This document shows, one piece after another, positions 21,751 through 31,788 of a stretch of 64,000 nucleotides of DNA. Origin of the DNA: a bacterium (GTDB lineage Bacteria; Electryoneota; Electryoneia; Electryoneales; Electryoneaceae); the NCBI GenBank assembly GCA_020444265.1, contig JAHLLH010000013.1, positions 13,340-77,339 on the forward strand. The letters run 5' to 3'. Position numbers and translations under genes: made by a program. The notes beneath the pieces are model-generated. The model had not been told where the DNA came from and did no database searches. It saw only the letters and a list, made by a program, of their open reading frames with translations. Numbering within the stretch: position 1 is the first letter of the stretch; every line of letters begins with the position of its first letter.

Positions 21751-23589
21751 TTACCCCACCTCTCTCACATGCTGACGAATTTCATCGAGAAAGGCTTCGC
21801 CGAATTGCTGCGCCTTGCGTTGACCGACACCCTTGACCGCGAGGAAATGGGAAGGATTCTCCGGCTTGTGAGCGGCAAGTTCGCGCAAGGTCGCATCGTT
21901 GAAGATGATATAGGGCGGTACGCCACGCGACTGCGCAAGGCGCATCCGCAAGTTGCGCAGACGTTCAAACAGAGCCTCATCCACTTCGGACGTCCCGGGA
22001 ACAGTCGCTTTCGAGGTAGCCCGTTTCCGCACCTTCTTCACAGGCGCGAGCAGGTCTGGCGCCGGTTCGAGACCGCGCGCAACATTGCGCCCGGCTGTGC
22101 TCAACTCCAGCACACGGAACTCCCCGGTCCGTTCCAGGTAACCCAGCTCAACGAGCTGCTCGATCCAGTCACGCACATCGCGCATCCGATGCTCCGCAAG
22201 CGCGCCGTAGCCGGTCAACTGATCATGGCGATTTTCGAGGATGCGGCTTTCGGTCGATCCGCTAAGCACTTGGGCGACATAGTGCGCCCCGAAACGTTCA
22301 TCCAGCTCACGCACCGCTTCGAGGACGGTTCGTCCGACCTCATCGGAGCCGTCCATCGTCTCCAATTCCTTCAGGCAGACATCGCAGGCGCCACACTCTT
22401 CCTCATCCAACTCCTGCCCGAAGTAGCCGACCAGCGCCTTGTGACGGCAAGTGACACTGCGGCAGTAGTCCCGCATGCCGTACAGCTGTTCCAGCTTCGC
22501 TTCAAGCTGGCTTTCGGAGTCACCGTTTTCACCGTTACTCCGTTCGAAAATCCGGGTCCAGGTTGCCACATCCGCATCGCTGTAGAGCAGCAGGCATTCA
22601 GAATCAAGCCCATCACGACCCGCGCGTCCACTCTCCTGCATGTAATGCTCGACTGATTGTGGCATCCCGGCATGAATGACATAGCGCACATCCGGCTTGT
22701 CGATGCCCATCCCAAACGCGACGGTCGCCACAATCACATCGGCTTCGTCCCGCACGAAAGCATCCTGGTTCTCGACTCGTTCCTCTTCTTCCAGGCCAGC
22801 GTGGTAGGGCAGCGCCTTGATCCCCTTTTTCCGCAGGAAGGCAGCGGTTTCTTCAACATCTTTGCGACGAATCCGGTAGACGATCCCGGCACGTCCCGGG
22901 TGACGCCGGACCGCTTCGAGCACCTGCTGCTGTGCATCGTGACGACGACGGACACGGTAGGTCAAGTTGGGACGGTCAAACGGGCCGACCAGCAGCGAGG
23001 GATCTTTTAAGTCGAGTTGCTCGACAATATCCTGACGGACTCGTTCGGTGGCCGTCGCGGTGAATGCGTGTAGCGTGATGCCTTTCAGGCGATCCTTCAG
23101 CTCACGCAGCCGTCTGTATTCCGGACGGAAATCATGCCCCCACATGCTGATGCAATGGGCCTCATCGATGGCGAGGTAGACCGGTGGGTGACGGTTCAGC
23201 CAGCTCAGGAATTTTTGCTGGACCAATCGTTCCGGGGAAACATAGAGTAGCTTCAACTTGCCGGAGCGCATCAGCTTTGCCGCACGGTCCCGTTCCTCAG
23301 GCGTGTTCGCACTGTGGATCGCTGCGGCGGGGACACCATCTGCCTCGAGCGCATCCACCTGGTCCTTCATCAACGAGATCAACGGCGAAATGACTAACGC
23401 CCATCCTTCGGTGACCAGCACCGGCGCCTGGAAACAGAGGCTTTTGCCCCCACCAGTCGGCAGCACCACAAGGCTGTCCCGTTTCGTCAGGATCGCATCC
23501 ATCGCCTCCCGCTGCATCGGACGGAGCGTCTTGTAGCCCCACACCTTGTGCACGGCATCGTTAATCTGCTGGTGAAGCGGTGAGATCAT
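21751..23589 (-). CDS. recQ: ATP-dependent DNA helicase RecQ
   Basis: PTGGGKSLCFQ, DEAHCISMWGHDFRPEY, ATVAFGMGIDKPDVR, QESGRAGRDG, Zn-binding CR...CGACDVC, RQC and HRDC domains. Start moved to ATG 23589, which overlaps the upstream TGA. Confidence 0.96.
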   Translation of the reverse strand: MISPLHQQINDAVHKVWGYKTLRPMQREAMDAILTKRDSLVVLPTGGGKSLCFQAPVLVTEGWALVISPLISLMKDQVDALEADGVPAAAIHSANTPEERDRAAKLMRSGKLKLLYVSPERLVQQKFLSWLNRHPPVYLAIDEAHCISMWGHDFRPEYRRLRELKDRLKGITLHAFTATATERVRQDIVEQLDLKDPSLLVGPFDRPNLTYRVRRRHDAQQQVLEAVRRHPGRAGIVYRIRRKDVEETAAFLRKKGIKALPYHAGLEEEERVENQDAFVRDEADVIVATVAFGMGIDKPDVRYVIHAGMPQSVEHYMQESGRAGRDGLDSECLLLYSDADVATWTRIFERSNGENGDSESQLEAKLEQLYGMRDYCRSVTCRHKALVGYFGQELDEEECGACDVCLKELETMDGSDEVGRTVLEAVRELDERFGAHYVAQVLSGSTESRILENRHDQLTGYGALAEHRMRDVRDWIEQLVELGYLERTGEFRVLELSTAGRNVARGLEPAPDLLAPVKKVRKRATSKATVPGTSEVDEALFERLRNLRMRLAQSRGVPPYIIFNDATLRELAAHKPENPSHFLAVKGVGQRKAQQFGEAFLDEIRQHVREVG

Positions 23590-24290
23590 TCCGGCTGCTC
23601 TCCGGGTGGGATGGTGTCCATGGGTACGAATGTGGGTGATATTTCTGGACCGCATTCAGGGGCCACGACCCGTTCCGCTTCTTCTAACAGAATCGGCTTC
23701 TTCAAGGATACAACCACGCCCGGGCGAACCTCAACATTCTCCGCGATCTGCGGCTCGTAACCCACCGCAGCAATCTGGAGGGCGAATTGTCCTACCGGCA
23801 GCCTTTCGATCTTGAACGTACCATCCAGTTAGGTTTCGTTTCCCAGACGAGTCTCAAGCACAATGATATTGGCACATACGATCGGTTCGCCGGTCCGCGC
23901 CTCAAGCACTTTGTCGCTCACACCACCCAGGCCACCACCTGGCAACGGCTTGAGTTGGAAGTCCAGCCGTAACGGATTCGGGGGACCGCGATAAACCGTA
24001 TCCAATGCCACTGTTTCCATCCCCGGCCTGGCTACGGATAGGTGGACCTCTCCGGCCGACCAGGCTGGAACGGAATAAAAGCCATCGCGGTAGGTGGTAA
24101 TCGATTTCCGGAAACCTTCACTGCTCAATTTGATGGTCGCTTTCCCCACCGGTTCGCCGGTTTCTGCGTTGCGTATATGACCGTAGATAATACCCCTCGC
24201 CTGCGATGATGCGGGAAGCATCAAGCAGGCGAAGGTGGCAACCACGATCCAACAAACCGTCCAGTGGATCCTGTGAGGCAAGAGGCTCAC
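23586..24290 (-). pseudogene. Secreted protein with two carboxypeptidase-regulatory-like domains, interrupted by an in-frame TAA at 23829-23831
   Basis: The frame reads ...VCANIIVLETRLGNET*LDGTFKIERLPVGQFALQIAAVGYEPQ... and continues to a TGA at 23586-23588 that overlaps the recQ ATG. The paralogous domain in the upstream gene reads GASTDLDGRF. Confidence 0.8.
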
Positions 24291-26233
24291 CGATCATGCC
24301 ATTCTTGTCGCTCCTCCATCTCCTTTTCTTTCTCCATCTGATCAGCGATTATCTGGGCACGTTCCACAAGCTGGAGAAATTCTGCACGATACCCGTTATC
24401 GTCAGCACCTTTGCTCTTTTTCCCCAGTTCGAGCACCTGTTCAAAGGTTGCTTCGCCGGCGTACTCGCTTTCGCGCAACAGGAGGGCGAACTCTGCTACG
24501 GAGGTCGCAAAGCGGAAATCATCGCTGGTTTTCTTTAGTGGGAGGTGTTTGGCAGCAATCTGAATATCCCTGCGCAGGCTTGTACTCCCCTCAGGTTCCT
24601 TGTATCGGAAGGCTAAGTTTGCCAACTCTCCACTCCGTTCAGCCGCTGAGTTCAGTTTGGTCTGCTGGTATTTCAAACCCGTAGTACCGGTAACCTCCGA
24701 TGCACCACTTTTAGCCGGGATGATCTCATAGAAAGCGGTCACTGAATGGCCCGCTCCCATCTCGCCGCCATCCTTGGTATCATCGTCAAATTCTTCATCT
24801 TCCAGAAGCCGGTTTTCGTAGCCAAGCAGACGATATTCCGATACGTAAAAGGGATTAAATTCGATCTGCAACTTGACATCTTTCGCCACAGTGTACAACC
24901 CGCCCAACTCCTTGACGAGGGATTTTTTTGCCTCGTTCAAGTTATCAATGTAGCTGTAGTTACCGTTGCCCTTATCCGCCAGCAATTCCATCCGGTTGTC
25001 TTTCAGATTGCCCTGACCAAACCCGAGCACGGTGAGGAAGATGTTGGACTCACGCTTCTCCGTGATCAGCTTTTCAAGCCCACCCATGTCCGAAATACCA
25101 ACGTTGAAGTCACCATCCGTGGCGAGAATCACACGGTTGTTACCATCTTCAATAAAATTCTCTCCTGCGACTTGGTACGCTTTGATGATTCCGCTCGCAC
25201 CGGCTGTCGAACCACCTGCCCTCAATCGATCCAGCGCTTCACGAATGTTCGCCTTTTCGCTACCTGGCGTCGAGGATAAAACGGTCCCGGATCGACCTGC
25301 ATAGGTTACGATCGCGATACGGTCCTCTTCTCTGATCGCATCCACCAGCAGGTTCATGCCCGAGACCAACAGGGGAAGTTTGTCCGGCGAGTTCATCGAA
25401 CCCGAGACATCGATCAGGAAGACAAAATTGCTTGGTGGCAGATCCTCTTCCTGCAGGTCAGGGGTCCGCAATCCTACCCTCAACAGCTGATGATCGCCGT
25501 TCCAGGGGCAATCGGATAGGACCGCGTCCATCGCAATTCGGTCATTCCATTCCGGTACCGGGTAGTTATACTCGAAGTAGTTGACAAATTCTTCGAGGCG
25601 GACTGCATCAAACGGTGGGAGCTGATGCTGATCGAGGTAGCTTCTCATGATCGAATAGGATGCACGATCCACATCAATCGCAAAGGTCGACAAAGGCGAG
25701 ACGAGTGTGGAGAGGTATGGATTCTCTACAAAATGTCCGTACTCTTCGTTCCCCGCATCGGCACGTCCGCCAAATTCACCTGAGCGGCGGTAGGGCAAAT
25801 GAAACCTTCCTGACCCTATACCTGGAATGCGTGTGGCCATGGCCCTGGATGAGACATCAAGTTCCACCGATGGCATGCTGTAGACTGTCGTTACCTCTTC
25901 CAATTGGAAGGCAGAAGAGACAAGTTCAAATTCCAGGAGCGTAGTTCTGGATTCACTGAGGACTACATCCGTTATCGTCTGTCTGGTATAGCCTACTGCT
26001 GAGGCAGAAATAGTATAGGTGCCGACAGGAACCGCAAGGATTACAAATCGCCCATCCAAATCTGTTGATGCTCCTCGGCCAGTCCCCTCGATTATCACAT
26101 TGGCGCCAATAATCGGATCACCCGTCCCTTTTTCCACGACGCTACCGACAATCTTGCCGGATTGAGCATGAAGTTGAGGAACAAGCAATACAAGAAGAAG
26201 AAGGACAAAAATAGAATAGCGAACATGTTTCAT
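24287..26233 (-). CDS. YfbK-like von Willebrand factor A protein with N-terminal carboxypeptidase-regulatory-like domain
   Basis: STFAIDVDRASYS (vWF_A N-term), FLIDVSGSM MIDAS motif, ILATDGDFNVG, YRLLGYENR (DUF3520-like); signal peptide; GAGGAGG RBS. Confidence 0.9.
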   Translation of the reverse strand: MKHVRYSIFVLLLLVLLVPQLHAQSGKIVGSVVEKGTGDPIIGANVIIEGTGRGASTDLDGRFVILAVPVGTYTISASAVGYTRQTITDVVLSESRTTLLEFELVSSAFQLEEVTTVYSMPSVELDVSSRAMATRIPGIGSGRFHLPYRRSGEFGGRADAGNEEYGHFVENPYLSTLVSPLSTFAIDVDRASYSIMRSYLDQHQLPPFDAVRLEEFVNYFEYNYPVPEWNDRIAMDAVLSDCPWNGDHQLLRVGLRTPDLQEEDLPPSNFVFLIDVSGSMNSPDKLPLLVSGMNLLVDAIREEDRIAIVTYAGRSGTVLSSTPGSEKANIREALDRLRAGGSTAGASGIIKAYQVAGENFIEDGNNRVILATDGDFNVGISDMGGLEKLITEKRESNIFLTVLGFGQGNLKDNRMELLADKGNGNYSYIDNLNEAKKSLVKELGGLYTVAKDVKLQIEFNPFYVSEYRLLGYENRLLEDEEFDDDTKDGGEMGAGHSVTAFYEIIPAKSGASEVTGTTGLKYQQTKLNSAAERSGELANLAFRYKEPEGSTSLRRDIQIAAKHLPLKKTSDDFRFATSVAEFALLLRESEYAGEATFEQVLELGKKSKGADDNGYRAEFLQLVERAQIIADQMEKEKEMEERQEWHDR

Positions 26234-26392
26234 GGCAGCCTCCTCAAAGGGCAGATCACGGGAAAAATGCCAGCATCCGTTAGCATCGTGTGGCTTTGAT
26301 CAAAATCTGCAAGTCGATCCTGTGATTGTCTTGTGTGGTACGTACGGAAGAGGGAGACGGAACAACCGTTCAGGTGACCCTCTTCCACCTTA

Positions 26393-27076
26393 TTACTCCT
26401 TAACGATCAATGGAAAACGTCGGTAGAGTCGGTAGACGATCTTGCATAGCAGGTCACCCGTCTCGCTCCATGAACCTTCGATGTGCGTGACGTCCACGTA
26501 CAGGGTTTCCCCAACATCTTCTGTGCGCCCCACATAAGGAGAATCCCAGCCAATCTTTTCGAGTCCCCATTCCTGTTGCTTCAGTACATCCACTTGGAGT
26601 TGGAACCCAGGTGTCATGCCACCAAGCGATAGGGTATCACCCACATGGAATGCTGCGGGCAGGGATAGCTGGTCGAGACGTTGGTGCGGATACTCGTCCG
26701 TCCAGTTGAAGATCAAACCATCCACATCCAGCATCAAAGGCCAGTTCTCGTCAGCATCTGGAAGTGTGCTCATTTGGCCAACGTAAAACCCATTTTCGAT
26801 CTGTTCCTCGAGCGTCACTTCCCCAGCTTCAAGAATCGCGTTGTAGACCGGGTCAACTATAATGGTTGTGCTGCTGAAGATAAAGCTGTCCCGTTCTTCG
26901 ATTTGCCGGTTCAAACTCGCCTGGTAGCGAGTGGTTTCGTCCCCAGTCGTATCATCCGAATGAAGGAAGACGTTCATCTCGAGGAAATAGCTGGTGGTAT
27001 TCTCGGAAGAACCGCAGCCAGTCAACATGACCATCGCAGTTATCAGCACGAGGGTGAGCAAGAGACGTTTCATCAT
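26393..27076 (-). CDS. Hypothetical lipoprotein
   Basis: MKRLLLTLVLITAMVMLTG-C lipobox; ATGA overlap with the upstream gene. Confidence 0.75.
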   Translation of the reverse strand: MMKRLLLTLVLITAMVMLTGCGSSENTTSYFLEMNVFLHSDDTTGDETTRYQASLNRQIEERDSFIFSSTTIIVDPVYNAILEAGEVTLEEQIENGFYVGQMSTLPDADENWPLMLDVDGLIFNWTDEYPHQRLDQLSLPAAFHVGDTLSLGGMTPGFQLQVDVLKQQEWGLEKIGWDSPYVGRTEDVGETLYVDVTHIEGSWSETGDLLCKIVYRLYRRFPLIVKE

Positions 27077-27840
27077 TGTTCCTCCCCTGCTTCACTTGGT
27101 TCCACAACAACTGAAGATCCCAGCAGCGTTCTTCGGTAGATGGGGGTAACAGTCCCCAGGTCAGCTGCTTCGAGCATGCTGCTCTCGCTGATGATCTCCC
27201 ACTGAAGTCTCCAGTAAAGCGTCATTCCAACAGGCAGGTTTTCCATGGACACGAGGAGAGAATCATAGTTGCTCACCATTTCTCCATAGCTGGTCAGCAA
27301 GGAATCTTCCTGATCACTCACCAGCTCAAGGCTCAGATGCGCACCGCTGTTCAACCCCCTGTTGAAACCTATCTGAAAGCTGCTCGGAACAGAATCCGGT
27401 AAAGCAACCGTTTCCCAATGGAGAATGTCACGGAACCCGTTGAAGCTGCCGGTTCCACTGTTGGTTGCTCCGATCAACAGATGGTAAGCGGGGTCCTCCG
27501 TGTCCAGTTCAAAATCATCGTTGCCAAACCAGCCATCCTCGTTTTGCCGTTCGAAACGGACACCGTTCACCTCGACCAAAACGGTGTTATCCGGAGCGAC
27601 CAGCCGGTCGCTGCTCCGCTGCGGCGATTTGCTGACAAAAACGTAGACCTGTTCCTGGGGTGTCGGATCTGGCCATTGCACCAGCGAATCGAAATAGATA
27701 TCCGCACTGAACTTGTCGAAGTGAAGCGTGCAGCCGGAGAACGGCAGCAGCAAAATTGGAAGAAGGGGGAGGAAAAAACTCGACCAACGTGCACGAAAAG
27801 TGTCACCGGGCGGGGGTGCAGGAATGCGAAGCCAGTGCAT
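27073..27840 (-). CDS. Hypothetical lipoprotein
   Basis: Hydrophobic stretch ending FSG-C; 255-aa ORF coupled to the next gene; start uncertain. Confidence 0.65.
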   Translation of the reverse strand: MHWLRIPAPPPGDTFRARWSSFFLPLLPILLLPFSGCTLHFDKFSADIYFDSLVQWPDPTPQEQVYVFVSKSPQRSSDRLVAPDNTVLVEVNGVRFERQNEDGWFGNDDFELDTEDPAYHLLIGATNSGTGSFNGFRDILHWETVALPDSVPSSFQIGFNRGLNSGAHLSLELVSDQEDSLLTSYGEMVSNYDSLLVSMENLPVGMTLYWRLQWEIISESSMLEAADLGTVTPIYRRTLLGSSVVVEPSEAGEEQ

Positions 27841-28021
27841 TGGAACTCCATCTGATTGGGGGATGCTGCTTCTTTAAGATTGGCTCTTTTCTGTTCAAGA
27901 TCAAGGGGTTAAACACACCTTTTGTAGATATCAGCCGTTGTAAATCGCGGGCGGAAGGTGACTACCCTTGACTGGTTTTACGTTGTACGTTTGTGAATCA
28001 GCTCATCAACCCGGCAGATCG

Positions 28022-28903
28022 ATGACCCCATCCGCCTGGCAACACCATACTGTCCTCGCCGTGAGCGGAATCCCCGGCTCGGGACGGGCCGACCTGATGC
28101 ATCAGCTGGCGACCGCGCTGGCAAAACAGTCGATCAACGTGGCGCTCGTGATTCAGGAGCAGAACAATTCGGAGCCGGACAGGAAGCGGGAGTATTCCCT
28201 CGCCCTCACATCGAAAAACAAATTGGAACTGCACCTCGATCTGCACGACGGCCTGGAGGATACTCTCCGTCTGCTGGCACCCCTCCACGACCTCGTGCTT
28301 GTCGAGGGGGATGCAACCACATCCCTCCCAAAACTATGGTTGGACCACCCTGATGAGGCGGGAACAAAACAGGATGCCGACCTGGTACTCGAACAGTTTG
28401 CACCCGGTGCAAGCCGTCTCCCAGCCACCCTTTCCTTTGTACAGAACTGGTTGATGTCTGCCTGGATCAACCGTCCGGTGATGGTCGCGATTCACCGTGC
28501 AACAGCCCATTCGGAGGAGAACGACTCCTCCCTCCTGCACCATGTCGCTCTGGTCACCAACCTCTCGAATCGGGATGACACTCTGCTGCTCGATTTTCCG
28601 ACTGGGGATGATCTACCCGGGGGCGAAGCGTTGTTGCGAACCCTTCGTTCACGACCCGGCTCCGCATGGCTGCTGGCTGGAACGGAGGATGAACTGCCCG
28701 ATGAAGAGCGGATGAAAACGCTGTTTGAAGCTCGTAGACCGGGGCGTTGGATCATCGGATTCGTGGCAGACGACAAGACTTTGCTCCCCCTGCTGCTCGA
28801 ACCACAGGCAATCCCCATCCTTGAGCATTTTAATGGCGAATTAGATAAGTTGCTTCAGCACCCTTGCTTTTATCCAATCGTTCAAGCCGAAACCGCTGAA
28901 TAG
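28022..28903 (+). CDS. Degenerate MobB-MobA-like fusion protein
   Basis: MobB-like N-terminus VLAVSGIPGSGRADL and HDLVLVEG; MobA-like C-terminal part (AWLLAG...LP, PLLLEP) lacking the GGxSxRMG motif. Start set at MTPSAWQ. Confidence 0.55.
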   Translation: MTPSAWQHHTVLAVSGIPGSGRADLMHQLATALAKQSINVALVIQEQNNSEPDRKREYSLALTSKNKLELHLDLHDGLEDTLRLLAPLHDLVLVEGDATTSLPKLWLDHPDEAGTKQDADLVLEQFAPGASRLPATLSFVQNWLMSAWINRPVMVAIHRATAHSEENDSSLLHHVALVTNLSNRDDTLLLDFPTGDDLPGGEALLRTLRSRPGSAWLLAGTEDELPDEERMKTLFEARRPGRWIIGFVADDKTLLPLLLEPQAIPILEHFNGELDKLLQHPCFYPIVQAETAE

Positions 28904-29007
28904 GTGGGACGAAGGACACAAGTTGTACAGCCAGTATCGAACTATTTGTCGAATTGCAGTTTCACACGTATCTTTCATTTTCCCCGCCACACTGAAGGGT
29001 GTACCTC

Positions 29008-31773
29008 ATGCCGTTGGGTTGGAATCGCATACATTTACTACTCGCATCTGTTGCCATCCTTTTCGTGTCAACGATTCACACCAAAGACCTCAGGGCTGAG
29101 CCAGCGTTCACGCCTTCCTTGAAGGACGCTCCCCGCGGCCCTGTCGCATCCCCTTTTCCTTACCGATCGTTTGCCGACATCCAGGCAGAAAACCGTGTCC
29201 ATGATGTCGGCAATATCCGTGTCAACGTTGCTAACTGGGGTTATATCGGCAACAAACAGCCGAACCTGGACGGCAACATGCTGGACCCATGCACGGGCGA
29301 CTGGGCACCGCAATTTGAATACCCGAGTGGCAGCGGGGTGCAGTATCTCTGGCAGTCCGGTGTCTGGATCGGGGCGGTCATCCGTGAAGAAGCTTTCGAA
29401 TACCCTCGGGTAAGCGAGGGGGTTTCTCCGACCACCTTTGAGACAGAAATGTATCCCGGCCCTCCTCCGGGCAACGGGATTGTGGAGCGATCCACCCGTG
29501 CAAACGCGTTCAACTGCCTCGGTGATTTTGTCAGCGACCCGCTGGCAGTCTCCGAACAGGATTTTTATGCCGTTTACAGCGATACCCATCGAGTCCGTCC
29601 GGGCGGTTCGACCATCGACAACCCAACCGACGGTCAGCACATTCCTCTTGGTATCAAGGTGACCCAACGTTCCTATGCCTGGTCCTACAACTACGCCAGT
29701 GATTTTATCCTGATTGATTACGAGATTGAGAATATCGCGGACAAGTACCTTAAAAATGTCTACGTGGGCCTGTATGTGGATGGGGATGTCGGTTCGATCA
29801 ACGAGGCGACACGTTACAACGATGACCTATGCGGGTTCATCCGGAACTTCACCTACCGACCGGAGGGGTCTCAGGATTCGGTCAACCTCACGATCAACTC
29901 CGCATGGATCGCAGACAATGATGGTCGAGCGGTGGGTGTTTCTTCCGGAAGCAATTTCGACAGCCCAGATGTCGTCGGCGCCCGGGTCGTCCGCGCCCCA
30001 AACCCGAAACTGCGTACATCCTTCAACTGGTGGGTGACCGGATCAAGCAATGAACTCGATTATGGACCAGCCTGGGTGGATGATCATTCACGCGGGGACT
30101 GGACACGCGACCAGGGCACGCCCTACGGCGATGAACGTCGCTATTTTCTTCTCTCCAACCGTGAATTCGATTTTGACCAGGTCTACGTCGATGAACCGGC
30201 TTACATCAGGAACAACCCACAAAGATTCGTCGATCGGTTTACTGGGGAAGTGCAGGAGGAACACGAGTGGCGTCCAACCACTCTCCCAAATCCCATTTCC
30301 GTAGCATCGGGTTTTGATACTCGCTACTTGCTCTCCTGGGGACCGTTGGGAGTCTTCGATTACATCGACGAAGCTGGGGAACGTGTATATCGTCTGAACC
30401 CTGGGGAACGATTCTCAATGACCGTCGCCTTTGTCGGTGGTCGCAATTTCCACGACCGGAACAACTTTCAATCTTCGAATACCCTGATCGACCCGACCAA
30501 GTACAATTACCTCGATTTTCAGGTCAATGCCGACTGGGCCGCCAAGGTGTACGACAACCCGATGATTGACACAAATGGGGACACATGGTTCGGGGAAGAT
30601 GCAGGGCTGGATGGTCTTTTCGGATTGATCCCGGGCGACTCGATCAGCTTCACCAGCTATGATGGAACACTCGTGGAAGCGATCTATCCCGGTGCAGATG
30701 AGGGAGAGGGTGATGGCATCCTCCAGCAGGAAGAAGATGAAGCACCCCGTCCTCAGAAATACGACTACACCGTCCTGAACAATCTGCTCGATGCCGGTGA
30801 TGGCGAACCGGACTTCCAGGGGCCTCCCCCACCTCCTTCACCCCAGATCAGATTCCGGACAGAGGGCAATGTCCTCTACCTGCAATGGAGTCCCTTTCCG
30901 AGTGAGGATTCGACGTACACGGACCCATTCTCGCACCTCAACGACTTTGAAGGTTACCGGATCTACGTCTCCAACTCGGGGCTCGAAACGGAATACAGTT
31001 TCCTCGCTGAATTCGACAAGGTCAATTTCGCTTATTTCAGCGACGATGACAGCCTGATGACCGTACCGGTCGGTCCAGAAGTGATCCCGGGTTTATCCCC
31101 CTTTGTGATCCATGAAACACCGGATGGAGAAGAAATCCAGGGCTTTCTGGCACCAGTCGGGAACAACATCGGAATGGATGATATTACGGTGAGTGACTCG
31201 CTCTATGAATATCGGGTCGGGGCCGTGAACGCACTTATCCCACGCTACTATGCGATTACCGCCTATGACTATGGTGATCCTCGTTCCGGTATTGAGCCGC
31301 TGGAAAGTGCCAAGGCAATCAGCTCCACCTTCATTGCTCCATCTGGCAATCCTGACCGTAAGCCGGGAGTCGTCCCAAATCCATATCGTGGCGACCAGAA
31401 TTACACGCAGCACTTCCTCCCATTGACCTTCAATAACATTGACACCTCCTTCGTCTCCTGGGAGAATCGGGATGATGGCACCCCCGAGTTTTACGGACAG
31501 ACAGATCGTCGAATCTACTTCTACAATCTGCCAGCGAAATGCATGATCCGTATCTTTACTGTATCTGGGGATTTGGTCCAGATGATCCAACACGATTCCG
31601 GTGTCAGGACGAGTCGTCTAAGCCAGTGGAATGCGGCCCATGCAGAACCCTGGAACCTGAACAACAGGAACAGTCAACAAGTCTCGTCTGGATTATATCT
31701 CTTTAGTGTGGAGGATCTCACCCCGGGGAATCGAGGTGACATCAATGTCGGCAAGTTTGTGATTATTCGCTAA
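29008..31773 (+). CDS. Large secreted protein with FN3-like region and T9SS-like C-terminal domain, function unknown
   Basis: Signal peptide; VHDVGNIRVNVANWG, FEYPSGSG, DFEGYRIY, YYAITAYDYG, VVPNPY...SGLYLFSVED...GKFVIIR. Start uncertain (28999 or 29008). Confidence 0.8.
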   Translation: MPLGWNRIHLLLASVAILFVSTIHTKDLRAEPAFTPSLKDAPRGPVASPFPYRSFADIQAENRVHDVGNIRVNVANWGYIGNKQPNLDGNMLDPCTGDWAPQFEYPSGSGVQYLWQSGVWIGAVIREEAFEYPRVSEGVSPTTFETEMYPGPPPGNGIVERSTRANAFNCLGDFVSDPLAVSEQDFYAVYSDTHRVRPGGSTIDNPTDGQHIPLGIKVTQRSYAWSYNYASDFILIDYEIENIADKYLKNVYVGLYVDGDVGSINEATRYNDDLCGFIRNFTYRPEGSQDSVNLTINSAWIADNDGRAVGVSSGSNFDSPDVVGARVVRAPNPKLRTSFNWWVTGSSNELDYGPAWVDDHSRGDWTRDQGTPYGDERRYFLLSNREFDFDQVYVDEPAYIRNNPQRFVDRFTGEVQEEHEWRPTTLPNPISVASGFDTRYLLSWGPLGVFDYIDEAGERVYRLNPGERFSMTVAFVGGRNFHDRNNFQSSNTLIDPTKYNYLDFQVNADWAAKVYDNPMIDTNGDTWFGEDAGLDGLFGLIPGDSISFTSYDGTLVEAIYPGADEGEGDGILQQEEDEAPRPQKYDYTVLNNLLDAGDGEPDFQGPPPPPSPQIRFRTEGNVLYLQWSPFPSEDSTYTDPFSHLNDFEGYRIYVSNSGLETEYSFLAEFDKVNFAYFSDDDSLMTVPVGPEVIPGLSPFVIHETPDGEEIQGFLAPVGNNIGMDDITVSDSLYEYRVGAVNALIPRYYAITAYDYGDPRSGIEPLESAKAISSTFIAPSGNPDRKPGVVPNPYRGDQNYTQHFLPLTFNNIDTSFVSWENRDDGTPEFYGQTDRRIYFYNLPAKCMIRIFTVSGDLVQMIQHDSGVRTSRLSQWNAAHAEPWNLNNRNSQQVSSGLYLFSVEDLTPGNRGDINVGKFVIIR

Positions 31774-31788
31774 ACAGCTGGCTTACCA

